Shown one piece after another: positions 47,425 to 56,775 of a stretch of DNA of 64,000 bases (positions are counted from its first letter, which is position 1; each line of letters starts with the position of its first letter). Under the pieces are notes generated by a model. It was not told where the DNA came from. It did no database searches and saw nothing but the letters and a program-made list of their open reading frames with translations. The DNA is taken from NCBI GenBank assembly GCA_963664195.1, contig OY760907.1:1856001-1920000 (forward strand), in the 5' to 3' direction. The stretch is from an uncultured candidate division Zixibacteria bacterium. GTDB lineage: Bacteria > Zixibacteria > MSB-5A5 > GN15 > FEB-12. The position numbers were made by a program, and so were the translations under genes.

Positions 47425-48672
47425 ATGCACGTTACCACGCTGTACAACCTGTTCATTCGCGACTTCCGCAAGCAGAAGAAACGGATCACCCTCACACTTG
47501 TGGCTCTCGGCTGGGGTACTATCTCGATCATGTTGCTGTTGGGGTTTGGCGAAGGCCTCCAGCGCCAGATGACCATCCAGAAGCGGGGACTTGGCGAAGG
47601 TATCGCGATCCTCTGGGGCGGGCAGACCACGATTCCGTTCAAGGGTCTTGGGAAAGGTCGCCCGATTCGTTTCACGCCAGATGACGTTGACTATATAGAA
47701 TCCCGCATTCCGGCGATTTCGCGCATAGGCGAGGAGTACTCCCGCTGGGGCGTGAAAGTGAAGTACGGCGACGTCATCCTCAGCGAACACGTAACGGGCA
47801 TCACGCCTGAATTCGAACAGATGCGCAACCATCTTCCCGAGATGGGTGGCCGCATGATCAACGAACTCGACATGGCGAATAAACGGCGTGTCGCGTTCCT
47901 CGGCGATGAGCTGAAAGAGCGTTTGTTCGGCGATAAGGAAGCTGTGGGGGAGACGATCTTCGTCCATGGTACCCCGTTCACCGTGGTTGGCGTGATGGTG
48001 AAGAAATACCAAATGGGCAGTTATGGTGGACCGGATGCCGACAAGATATCTATTCCGGCAACGGCCTTCAAAGCTATCTTCGGTCATAGGTATCTAAACA
48101 ACATTGTCTATCAGGCACACAATCTGGATGACATGAAAGCGATCGAAGGCCAGCTCTTTGAGGTCCTCGGAGCCAAATTCAAGTTTGATCCCGCCGATGA
48201 CCGTGCACTGAGCATCTGGGACGTGGTCGAGGGGGCCAAACAAATGACCAACATCCTGTTCGGAATAAAGATTTTCCTGGGCATCATCGGAGCACTGACG
48301 TTATTGATTGCCGGTGTTGGTGTTGCCAATATTATGTACGTTTCGATCAAAGAACGCACGCGCGAAATCGGCATCAAGATGGCAGTCGGTGCACGCAAGT
48401 CTGTTATCCTGTGGCAGTTCCTGATAGAAGCGCTGATAATCACGTTTGTCGGCGGCGGCGGCGGGATTACTGTAAGCTACATCCTGACCGAAGGATTCAA
48501 GCGCATGCCTATCGAATCAGAAGTCCTGGAGATGATGGGACGGCCAACAATCTCAATCGAAATAGGTATAGTGGTTGTGGTCATCCTCGGGATCATGGGA
48601 CTGCTCTCAGGTATCTTCCCGGCGATGAAAGCCGCTTCGACCAGCCCCGTAGAGTCACTCCGGTACGAGTAG
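47425..48672 (+). CDS. ABC permease (MacB/FtsX family), paralog of preceding gene
   Basis: ERTREIGIKMAVGA, PAMKAASTSPVESLRYE. Confidence 0.93.
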   Translation: MHVTTLYNLFIRDFRKQKKRITLTLVALGWGTISIMLLLGFGEGLQRQMTIQKRGLGEGIAILWGGQTTIPFKGLGKGRPIRFTPDDVDYIESRIPAISRIGEEYSRWGVKVKYGDVILSEHVTGITPEFEQMRNHLPEMGGRMINELDMANKRRVAFLGDELKERLFGDKEAVGETIFVHGTPFTVVGVMVKKYQMGSYGGPDADKISIPATAFKAIFGHRYLNNIVYQAHNLDDMKAIEGQLFEVLGAKFKFDPADDRALSIWDVVEGAKQMTNILFGIKIFLGIIGALTLLIAGVGVANIMYVSIKERTREIGIKMAVGARKSVILWQFLIEALIITFVGGGGGITVSYILTEGFKRMPIESEVLEMMGRPTISIEIGIVVVVILGIMGLLSGIFPAMKAASTSPVESLRYE

Positions 48673-48692
48673 AGAGAATAGAGAGGCACGAT

Positions 48693-49397
48693 ATGAGTTC
48701 AGTCATAAGCATGAAACAGGTCCGGAAGACATACCAGACCGGTACCGTCACATTCGATGCCCTCAAAGGAATCGACCTTGAGATCGCCAGCGGCGAGATG
48801 ATCGCCGTGATCGGTCCTTCCGGTTCAGGCAAGTCGACTCTGATGAATCTCATGGGGTGCCTCGATGTTCCCAGCGACGGTGAGTACAGTCTTGACGGTC
48901 GTAAGGTCAACACGCTTAGCTCAAACGAATTGGCCGACATCCGCAACCAGAAGATCGGCTTTGTCTTCCAGGCGTTCAATCTCCTGCCTTACGCAACCGC
49001 GGCGGAAAACGTTGAGGTTCCGTTGTTGTTTGCCAAAGTCAAAGCGCGTGAACGTCGCAAGCGCGTAGCCGAGCTACTGGCGCGCGTGGGACTGGCGGAC
49101 AAGATGAACAACAAACCGACCGAGATGTCCGGCGGTGAAATGCAGCGCGTGGCAATCGCCCGTGCTCTGGCCAACGAACCGGATATTATCCTTGCCGACG
49201 AACCGACGGGCAATCTCGACAGCAAGTCGGGCGGTGAAATCGTCAAGATGTTCAACGAGCTTTGGAAAAGCGGCAAGACGGTTATTATGATTACGCACGA
49301 TATGTCCATTGCCGGTCAGGTGGATCGTGTCGTGCGCCTCAAGGACGGTTTGGTCGAAAACAACGGCTATGCTGTCGACACCAAACAAGCAGTATAG
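48693..49397 (+). CDS. ABC ATP-binding protein (MacB/LolD-like)
   Basis: [33 protein letters not shown]; start moved to ATG 48693. Confidence 0.95.
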   Translation: MSSVISMKQVRKTYQTGTVTFDALKGIDLEIASGEMIAVIGPSGSGKSTLMNLMGCLDVPSDGEYSLDGRKVNTLSSNELADIRNQKIGFVFQAFNLLPYATAAENVEVPLLFAKVKARERRKRVAELLARVGLADKMNNKPTEMSGGEMQRVAIARALANEPDIILADEPTGNLDSKSGGEIVKMFNELWKSGKTVIMITHDMSIAGQVDRVVRLKDGLVENNGYAVDTKQAV

Positions 49398-49526
49398 TTG
49401 CTGCAGCCTCAAACTCCGTGACTGCCAGGGGGTTCCAGGGGCTGTCCCAAAAACAGAAACGGTATACGGATTCGAGGGCTGGCGATAGAGCCGTTTCCTG
49501 GCGGGGGACGAGTCGGCGCCCTCGGC

Positions 49527-50981
49527 CTAGTGCAGTCTCTTGGGTTCACCCGCCAACCAACTCACAATCACCACCGCCACAAAGGCCAGAATAAACGCCG
49601 GTATCAGTTCATACATCTGTGTTTTCAGCATCGGCACGTTGCGCCAGACAACCGTTACAACCAGACCTGTGAGCATACCGGCAATCGCACCCGATTTGTT
49701 CGCCCCCTTCCAAAGCAAGCCAAGCAACACTACCGGTCCGAACGACGCCCCCAGCGCCGACCAGGCATACAGCACGAACTCGAAAATCACGCGGCTCTCA
49801 AAAGCGGCCAGACCAACCGCTACAAGCCCGAGGATGATCAACACCATGCGGTCAGCGAACTGCGTTTCCAGGAAACTCGCAGTCGAGTTGCAGGCGCTCC
49901 GCCCACGGAAAAGAGGCCAGATGTCACGCGAAAGTACCGTTGAGACCACGATCAGTTGTGAGTCGGCGGTGGAGCAGATCGCAGACACAATCGCGGCAAC
50001 CACGAACCCGCCGAGTATCGGAGGCAGGAACTCGCTCACAGCCAACGGAAGCGCCTGCTCCGGGTCGGCTATGACACCAAAATGCACCTTGGCGAACAGA
50101 CCGAAAAACACCGCACCCAGATACGAAAGCACCATCCAACCGAGCGCAATGTGGCGTCCCTTTTTCACGGTTTCAGTGTTCTTGGCCGCCATAAACCGAG
50201 AAAGGATATGCGGTTGTCCCGGGTATCCCAGGCCGATTCCGAGCAATCCTATGACAAAGCCGAACAGAGCGAACCCGGCCTTCCCCGAGGTGAAGCTGAG
50301 CATGTCGGGCGAGGACTCTCTTGCCATCGTCAGAAAACTCTCGAAACCGCCAAGTTCCACAAGTACGATTATTGGCATGCCGATCAGCGCCAGCACCATG
50401 AATACCGCCTGGACGACATCGGTCCAGCACACCGCCCGGAATCCGCCGATAACCGTGTAGGTCAGAATAATGACCGCGCCTATCAGTACTCCCCAGATGT
50501 AATCGACCGAGAACGTCGCCTCGAATGCCTTTCCCGCTGCATTCATCTGTGCGGCCACGTAAGTGAGCATGGCGACGGCGACTATCAGCACCGATATGAA
50601 CCGCAAAGCGCCGGATTTCGGATCAAAACGCTGCAAGATATACTGCGGCAGAGTGACTGCCCCGCTTCCGGCAGTGCTCTTTCGCAGCCGCTCGGCTATT
50701 ACGTACCAGTTGAACAGGTAACCGGCAGCTATTCCCGGCACTATCCAGAAGGCCGACATGCCAAAAAGATATGCCTCGCCAACCAGACCTAGCATAACCC
50801 AACCCGACTCCGCCGAGGCAGATGCCGACAATGCCGAGACCCAGGGGCCTAGTTCACGGTTGGCCAAAACAAACTCTTCAGTCGTCTTTTTGCGAACGCG
50901 GGACGAGTACAGACCGACGCCGACAATCACGCAAGTATATGCGAGAAAAGAGATTGCCAGCCAAAAACTATTACTGTCCAA
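49527..50981 (-). CDS. putP: Sodium/proline symporter (SSS family)
   Basis: ALSASASAESGW, GYPGQPHILSRFMA, STADSQL; TTG start after GGAGG. Confidence 0.88.
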   Translation of the reverse strand: MDSNSFWLAISFLAYTCVIVGVGLYSSRVRKKTTEEFVLANRELGPWVSALSASASAESGWVMLGLVGEAYLFGMSAFWIVPGIAAGYLFNWYVIAERLRKSTAGSGAVTLPQYILQRFDPKSGALRFISVLIVAVAMLTYVAAQMNAAGKAFEATFSVDYIWGVLIGAVIILTYTVIGGFRAVCWTDVVQAVFMVLALIGMPIIVLVELGGFESFLTMARESSPDMLSFTSGKAGFALFGFVIGLLGIGLGYPGQPHILSRFMAAKNTETVKKGRHIALGWMVLSYLGAVFFGLFAKVHFGVIADPEQALPLAVSEFLPPILGGFVVAAIVSAICSTADSQLIVVSTVLSRDIWPLFRGRSACNSTASFLETQFADRMVLIILGLVAVGLAAFESRVIFEFVLYAWSALGASFGPVVLLGLLWKGANKSGAIAGMLTGLVVTVVWRNVPMLKTQMYELIPAFILAFVAVVIVSWLAGEPKRLH

Positions 50982-51124
50982 TGTGCCTCCCCGAAGATGC
51001 GTTTTCTCTTTGCGCCAGAGGATAAAAAGACCAAGTTGTCGGCGAATGTCAACCAAAACCGGTTCCTGAAATCGCGCGAGAACGTCGCAAAAACCCATGC
51101 CTGCTGGCGGTGAAAGTGGACATC

Positions 51125-51309
51125 TAACTTGTTGATAGGCAACCTGCTAGGGCGTCTTCGGCCAGGCGTTATCCACCGAAAATTGTATTCGAAACGTATA
51201 GAATTGCGAATTTATTTGCAACTTTATGATTAATAGGTGCCGGTTTTCTTTAGGTTGTATCTCTAAGTTGTTGCAGGACAATGGGTATTTTTATGGGCAC
51301 GGAAATTGT
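51125..51309 (+). promoter_or_regulatory. Putative sigma-54 promoter with IHF site
   Basis: GGCAC-GGAAA-TTGT at 51296-51309; TAACTTGTTGATA (reverse of WATCAANNNNTTR) at 51125-51137. Confidence 0.45.
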
Positions 51310-51361
51310 TATGTATCTAGCAATATATTGTGCTCAAGAACCGAATCGAAAGGGAATAAAG

Positions 51362-51967
51362 GTGCGGAAAATTACACTCCTATTGGCTGTTGCGTTCATC
51401 TTCATTGCTATGTCGGCGCAGACGTATGCCTTGCCGATGATGAGCGAGACTACCCACCGGAATTTCCGTTATTGGGAAGACGGTCAGACTTCTACCTACA
51501 TGTACGCATCTGTGGTAGACTTCTGGGCGGGTGACCAGCCCGATGGCCATACTGACGGCTATTGGATCGGGTCCGACTTTCAGGAAGATCACCTTGCCTG
51601 GTCGCACAAACTGCCGAAAAACCTTCAGGTTCCGCCGGATGAAATCCTTCGTGCGAAGCTGAAAATCGATGGCGAGTTCATCGACGAAGCCGGTAACCAG
51701 ATCGCCATCCAGGGTACTTGGGATTGGGATCCGCTCAACTACCGTTGGTCTGACAATACTACTTATGTCCTGACTAACGTTCAGGAAGAGGGCTTCTGGA
51801 ACGGCGGAACGCTTGGTGCCGAAGTTTTTGCCAGCGAAAGTGCAATCAGACTGGATCGTGCAGTCCTGATGATGGACTACTCTTACGCGGTCCCGGAACC
51901 GGCCACTATGTTGCTTTTCGGCCTCGGCATGGTTGGAGTAGCAGTTCGTCGCCGGATGAAGAAATAG
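51362..51967 (+). CDS. PEP-CTERM sorting domain protein
   Basis: Signal peptide; C-terminal VPEPATMLLFGLGMVGVAVRRRMKK. Confidence 0.93.
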   Translation: MRKITLLLAVAFIFIAMSAQTYALPMMSETTHRNFRYWEDGQTSTYMYASVVDFWAGDQPDGHTDGYWIGSDFQEDHLAWSHKLPKNLQVPPDEILRAKLKIDGEFIDEAGNQIAIQGTWDWDPLNYRWSDNTTYVLTNVQEEGFWNGGTLGAEVFASESAIRLDRAVLMMDYSYAVPEPATMLLFGLGMVGVAVRRRMKK

Positions 51968-51989
51968 ACGATCTGTCTTGGAAAATCTG

Positions 51990-52019
51990 ACGGCCGGAGC
52001 ACTCTCCGGCCGTTTTTTT
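51990..52019 (+). terminator. Rho-independent terminator
   Basis: ACGGCCGGAG-CACT-CTCCGGCCGT then T run. Confidence 0.85.
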
Positions 52020-52068
52020 GTGCCGTTTTTTGTCGGACGCCGATTGATTGCACCCGGATGAGTCTCCT

Positions 52069-52146
52069 GCAGGTCAGAACCCCTGCGGTTCTGACGATTC
52101 AATGTCGAAACTCCAGGGCAACGCAGTCGCGTTGGTTTCGATCTAC
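52069..52146. repeat. REP doublet (REPIN-like), family A: short form on +, long form on -
   Basis: GCAGGTCAGAACCCCTGCGGTTCTGAC and minus GTAGATCGAAACCAACGCGACTGCGTTGCCCTGGAGTTTCGAC. Confidence 0.75.
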
Positions 52147-52153
52147 TCAATAC

Positions 52154-53215
52154 CTACTCTGGCTTCGAATCCGGCGCTTCCCCAAACACCCCTGCACAAA
52201 CCGTCCCGCACTCCCTACAGCAACCTTCGGCTGTCAGGTTCCACTTCAGTAACCGGTGCCAGTCGCGGCCGATCAATAACTCACCGCAACCATGACAGAA
52301 GGTGCTGGAGCCGTGCACGTCGCGAACATTCCCCGTATATGCGTACCTGACACCGTTTTGGATCGCAATCTCTCTTGCCCTCATCAGCGTCTTGGACGGA
52401 GTGGGCGGGTGATTCATCATCTTCCAGGACGGATGGAAAGCGGTGAAATGCATCGGAACGTCCGGTCCCAATCGATCGACAACCCAGCTGGTCATCTCGT
52501 CCAGTTCGGCGTCCGAATCGTTTTCTCCGGGAATCAGCAACGTGGTCAACTCCAGCCAGACTGATATCTCGTTCTTGAGATAGATCAGGGTATCCAGCAC
52601 CGGCTCAAGATGTCCTCCACAGAGTTGACGGTAGAAGCGGTCGGTGAACGCCTTCAGATCGACATTGGCGGCATCGATATGGGCGAAAAAGTCCTGACGC
52701 GGACGTTCGCAGATGTCGCCGGCAGTCACCGCCACCGTCTTGACACCGATATCATGACAGGCAATGGCCGTGTCCACCGCATACTCCAGGAAGATTATTG
52801 GCTCATTGTAGGTGAAGGCGACAGATTTGCAGCCCCTTGCTTTCGCCGCCTCAGCGATCCGCGTTGGAGACGCCTCGACTGAAAGAGTGTCGGCCTCGCG
52901 AGATCTGCTGATATCCCAGTTTTGACAGAACTTGCACGTCAGATTACAGCCGGCGGTGCCGAACGAAAACACGGTCGATCCCGGGTAGAAATGGCTCAGC
53001 GGCTTCTTCTCAATCGGATCAACTGCCAACCCGCTGGATCGACCGTACGTGGTCAACACAATCTCGCTGCCTTGAGCCATCCTGACATAGCAGACTCCGC
53101 GCTGGCCCTCCTTGAGACTGCAGCCACGATGGCACAGGTCACAACGAACCTTGCCGTCGTCAAGAAGCGTCCAGTACTTCGTGGGCGTGTGGGAGTTTTC
53201 GGTATTTGACGCCAT
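52154..53215 (-). CDS. amrS: AmmeMemoRadiSam system radical SAM enzyme
   Basis: DPIEKKPLSHFYPG, GCNLTCKFCQNWDIS, FTYNEP. Confidence 0.92.
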   Translation of the reverse strand: MASNTENSHTPTKYWTLLDDGKVRCDLCHRGCSLKEGQRGVCYVRMAQGSEIVLTTYGRSSGLAVDPIEKKPLSHFYPGSTVFSFGTAGCNLTCKFCQNWDISRSREADTLSVEASPTRIAEAAKARGCKSVAFTYNEPIIFLEYAVDTAIACHDIGVKTVAVTAGDICERPRQDFFAHIDAANVDLKAFTDRFYRQLCGGHLEPVLDTLIYLKNEISVWLELTTLLIPGENDSDAELDEMTSWVVDRLGPDVPMHFTAFHPSWKMMNHPPTPSKTLMRAREIAIQNGVRYAYTGNVRDVHGSSTFCHGCGELLIGRDWHRLLKWNLTAEGCCRECGTVCAGVFGEAPDSKPE

Positions 53216-53410
53216 ATTGTCCTACTCTGTGGTTGCGGCTTATGCATTGCCCCTTGAATGATACGGACCACGAGGCGGATACACAATCGCCTTTCGTCCC
53301 TGAACGGGGAGAGAAATAAGTAGGAGAAAGACGACATCATAGGTATTATATGTGAGGCGAGGTCGTATTCGGTTGTGGAACCACGCCGGCCAGAAGTTGT
53401 TAAGAGGAAG

Positions 53411-53842
53411 ATGAGGAATCAGGCGCACATATTCGAGTTCGACCGGACCGACTGGCTCAGGGCCGCCGTGGTCCTTACGATCATATCCGCCATTTTGTGC
53501 GCGCCCCTGACTGCCTTTCCCTCGGCCAGATCGACCGGTTGCGGTTGCTCGATCGATGGAGCCTCCTGTTGCTGCTGCCCTGAAGCATCGGAACCCTCTG
53601 CCGATTCCGGGCTTGAAAACCGTTGTGGCTGCCGCGTGGAGTCCGATCCGTATCCCGTTCCTCTGCCGATTCCGACCGGCATCCAGCCCGACCTCACCCA
53701 GGACCTCTCCGCCAGCCAGGAGATAGAATCATCTCCGTTCCCGGGCGAGCCGGTGGTGGTAGGGAGAATCATCTGCTCGATTCAATCACCGAGTGTCAAC
53801 GGTCCACCTGCGTATATCGCTAACTCCGCTCTATTAATCTAG
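53411..53842 (+). CDS. Cys-rich DUF2946-like leader protein upstream of cusCBA
   Basis: TM/signal, CGC...CCCC...CGC, Pro-rich linker, SVNGPP near C-terminus. Confidence 0.65.
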   Translation: MRNQAHIFEFDRTDWLRAAVVLTIISAILCAPLTAFPSARSTGCGCSIDGASCCCCPEASEPSADSGLENRCGCRVESDPYPVPLPIPTGIQPDLTQDLSASQEIESSPFPGEPVVVGRIICSIQSPSVNGPPAYIANSALLI

Positions 53843-53944
53843 ACAGGCTTCTCTGATGTATCCGTGGAAAGCCGCACCTTTGCCGTAACAGGCGGGGAGC
53901 GATGTTCTTCTGGCTATTAATCTTCAGAACAGGTCTGTCTTTAT

Positions 53945-55252
53945 ATGTGTAAGTTCACTATCTGTGTCAGCCTGTGGCTGGCCGCATGTGCAGTCATCTC
54001 GCAGAGTCCCTCGCGGGTTCTGGCGTCGACGGAATCGGGTACGCCCGTACTGGATTCTCTGATCTCCGTCGCTTTGGAAAAGAATCCCTCGGTGGTATCG
54101 GCGGGTCATCGTCACGAATCGGTCCGGTACGCTGCCCGTGCCTCGGGAAGTCTCCCCGATCCGCAGTTGTCGGTCGCTCTCTCGAACCTGCCGAAGGGAT
54201 CCCTGAGTCTCAGCGAGACCCCCATGTCCGGCATCGCGATCGGGCTTTCTCAGCAGATTCCCTGGCCCGGAAAACTGGGTGCGAAGAGCAGACTGGCGGA
54301 GCTTGAGGCGGATATCTCCAGGCTCGAAACGAAGAGTATCCGTGACGACGTCGTAGCGGCGATCACGACCGCATACTATCAGTATGTCTATCGGGTCGAG
54401 GAGGAGCGTATCCTTGTGCAGAATGTCGGCCTGGTTGAGGCTATGGCGGAGGTTGCCCGCACCAATTATGAAAACGGAACGGGGACCGCCCAGGATCTTC
54501 TCCGCGCCCGGACAACCATTGCCAAGCTGGAAAACCGAATCGCCGAAGCTCAACAGATACAGACCTCCTCGCTGGTTCTAATCGGCGGACTGACCGACAA
54601 CATGTCGACCGTACCAACGGATCTGACGGTTGTCCTGCCCGATATGATTCCTCTCAGTTCGGTCGACACGTATCTCGCGGCGGCTTCCTCGGACAACCCG
54701 CAGCTCGCCCGGGCTGAAGTTCGCACCGACCAAGCCTCGGCTCGAAAATCGCTGGTGAAAGCAGCGTACTGGCCGGACATTATGCTCGGTTTGGAGTATC
54801 GAATAAGGGACAACGGCCTGTTGATGGATCCGGTCGAAGGCCGGGATTTCTTGTCGGCCAAAGTTTCACTGTCGCTTCCGCTCTGGTTCTCCCGCAAACA
54901 GAAGAACAATAGTCGAGCTGCCGAGGCGGCGCTCCAGGCCTCCAGATCACAACGCCTCGCGACTGAGCGTCGTCTGGAATACGAAATACGCGACAGCTAC
55001 CAAACGCTCTCTCGCCTCGTTGAAAACTTCCGTCGATACGACCGGGAGATCATTCCCCTTGCGGAGACCGCGGTGGAATCGGCCGACATCAGCTACCGGG
55101 TCGGCCAACTCGATTTCGTGCATCTGCTTTCTGCGCAGCTTGAACTGCTGGATGCCAGATTGCAGCGGGTACATATTCTTGCCACCTGGCATCAGCAACT
55201 CGCCGTTTTGGAAGAACTGTCGGGCCTGTCACACAGAGAGGTGATCCAATGA
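53945..55252 (+). CDS. TolC/CusC-family outer membrane factor
   Basis: LPDPQL, QQIPWPGKL, SLSLPLW, YRVGQLDF. Confidence 0.9.
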   Translation: MCKFTICVSLWLAACAVISQSPSRVLASTESGTPVLDSLISVALEKNPSVVSAGHRHESVRYAARASGSLPDPQLSVALSNLPKGSLSLSETPMSGIAIGLSQQIPWPGKLGAKSRLAELEADISRLETKSIRDDVVAAITTAYYQYVYRVEEERILVQNVGLVEAMAEVARTNYENGTGTAQDLLRARTTIAKLENRIAEAQQIQTSSLVLIGGLTDNMSTVPTDLTVVLPDMIPLSSVDTYLAAASSDNPQLARAEVRTDQASARKSLVKAAYWPDIMLGLEYRIRDNGLLMDPVEGRDFLSAKVSLSLPLWFSRKQKNNSRAAEAALQASRSQRLATERRLEYEIRDSYQTLSRLVENFRRYDREIIPLAETAVESADISYRVGQLDFVHLLSAQLELLDARLQRVHILATWHQQLAVLEELSGLSHREVIQ

Positions 55253-56775
55253 AAACCATCGTCGTCATCATAATCGCTTTAGCTGCCGGCCTCGGATCCG
55301 GCTACGTTCTCTTTCAGGGGCATGACTCCCTGGAAGCTGCTGCAGGGCCTCTGAAACAACTCTATAGCTGCGGTATGCACCCGGAAATCATCTCCGAGGA
55401 TCCGGGCTACTGTCCTATCTGCGGGATGAAACTTACGCCAAGGAGAGACGAAGGAGGGGACGGTCACGGCAGCCTGGTTATCGATCCGTCTACCCGCCAG
55501 AACATGGGCGTCAGGACTGCGGAGGCAACCTACCGCCCACTTTCGCGACGAATCCGTGTCTTCGGCAAGATCGACATCGCGGAGCCGATGATTCAATCAG
55601 TGAATCTGAAGTTCCCCGGATGGGTGGAGCGGTTGTTTGTCGACCACGAGGGAGAAGAGGCCGTTGAGGGACAGCCTCTTCTGGAGATATACTCCCCTGA
55701 ACTGGTGGCGGCTCAGAAGGAGTTTCTGGTCGCACTGCGAAGCGCCCCGGACTCCGGAGCGGGCGACTCCCACATGGCTGAACTGTCGGAGGCTTCGAGC
55801 CATCGCCTCGAAAACTGGGACATTTCTGCCGATCAAATAGAGCGCCTTCGCGAATCCGGTGAGATCCAACGAACGATGATCGTACAGTCCCCCGCGACCG
55901 GGGTTGTTGTTTCCAAATCTGTTGTCCACGGTGACCTCCTCAAACCCGGCACGATACTTTATCAGATAGCAGATATTTCGCGGGTCTGGGCGGTGGGCCA
56001 TGCCTATGAACAGGATCTGCCGTATATCAGCGTGGGGAGCAGGGCTGCAGTTGTGCTGCCTCACCTGTCTCAAAGGCAGGTAGAAGGATTCGTTAGCTAC
56101 GTCTCTCCGTATCTCGACGTGCACGGGCAGGCAGAGATCAGAATCGACCTGGACAACGCCGACCTGTCGCTCAAACCTGAAATGTACGCAGAGATTACCC
56201 TTGAGTCTGAAGCAGGCGACAAGTCGCTGACTATTCCACGTCTGGCCATTATCAACTCCGGCGACCGCGAGATAGTCTATGTCTGTTTCGACGACGGTTC
56301 GTTTGAACCCCGCACCGTCAAGACAGGTGCCGTGGGAGACGGCGATCTTATCGAAGTTGTTTCGGGACTCCAGGCGGGTGAGCTCGTAGTAACGTCCGGC
56401 CAGTTCTTGCTGGACTCAGAATCCCGACTCAGCGAAGCAATTGATCTTCCGCGTCAGCATGACCACGGGTCGTCTCCTGCCGGTGGTAACGAGACGTCAA
56501 AAGGTCACTCCGGGCACGACCCGGCCGGGTTGAGCGGTATCTACACTTGTCCGATGCCGTCGCACTTCGATGTCCTTCAGTACGGCGAGGGAGACTGCGC
56601 CAGATGCGGCATGGCTCTGGTGCCGGTCGAGGAGACCGAGAACACCGAGGTATATCGATGTCCCATGCGAGAGTGCGCCTACGTGCGCAGCACTGACGAT
56701 CCATGCTCCGTCTGCGGAATGCCGACCAAAAAACTGGACCGAACCGACACAGGGAACAGAGTGAACCATGATTAA
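55249..56775 (+). CDS. cusB: CusB-type adaptor with three heavy-metal-binding domains
   Basis: YSPELVAAQKE, LKPEMYA, GQFLLDSESRL; YSCGMHP, YTCPM, YRCPM. Confidence 0.88.
   Translation: MKTIVVIIIALAAGLGSGYVLFQGHDSLEAAAGPLKQLYSCGMHPEIISEDPGYCPICGMKLTPRRDEGGDGHGSLVIDPSTRQNMGVRTAEATYRPLSRRIRVFGKIDIAEPMIQSVNLKFPGWVERLFVDHEGEEAVEGQPLLEIYSPELVAAQKEFLVALRSAPDSGAGDSHMAELSEASSHRLENWDISADQIERLRESGEIQRTMIVQSPATGVVVSKSVVHGDLLKPGTILYQIADISRVWAVGHAYEQDLPYISVGSRAAVVLPHLSQRQVEGFVSYVSPYLDVHGQAEIRIDLDNADLSLKPEMYAEITLESEAGDKSLTIPRLAIINSGDREIVYVCFDDGSFEPRTVKTGAVGDGDLIEVVSGLQAGELVVTSGQFLLDSESRLSEAIDLPRQHDHGSSPAGGNETSKGHSGHDPAGLSGIYTCPMPSHFDVLQYGEGDCARCGMALVPVEETENTEVYRCPMRECAYVRSTDDPCSVCGMPTKKLDRTDTGNRVNHD

Noticed and set aside
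49438..49453. GGCTGTCCCA IS/MITE-end-like motif (also 38560-38575)
   Set aside because: Too short, with no partner inverted end or target duplication found
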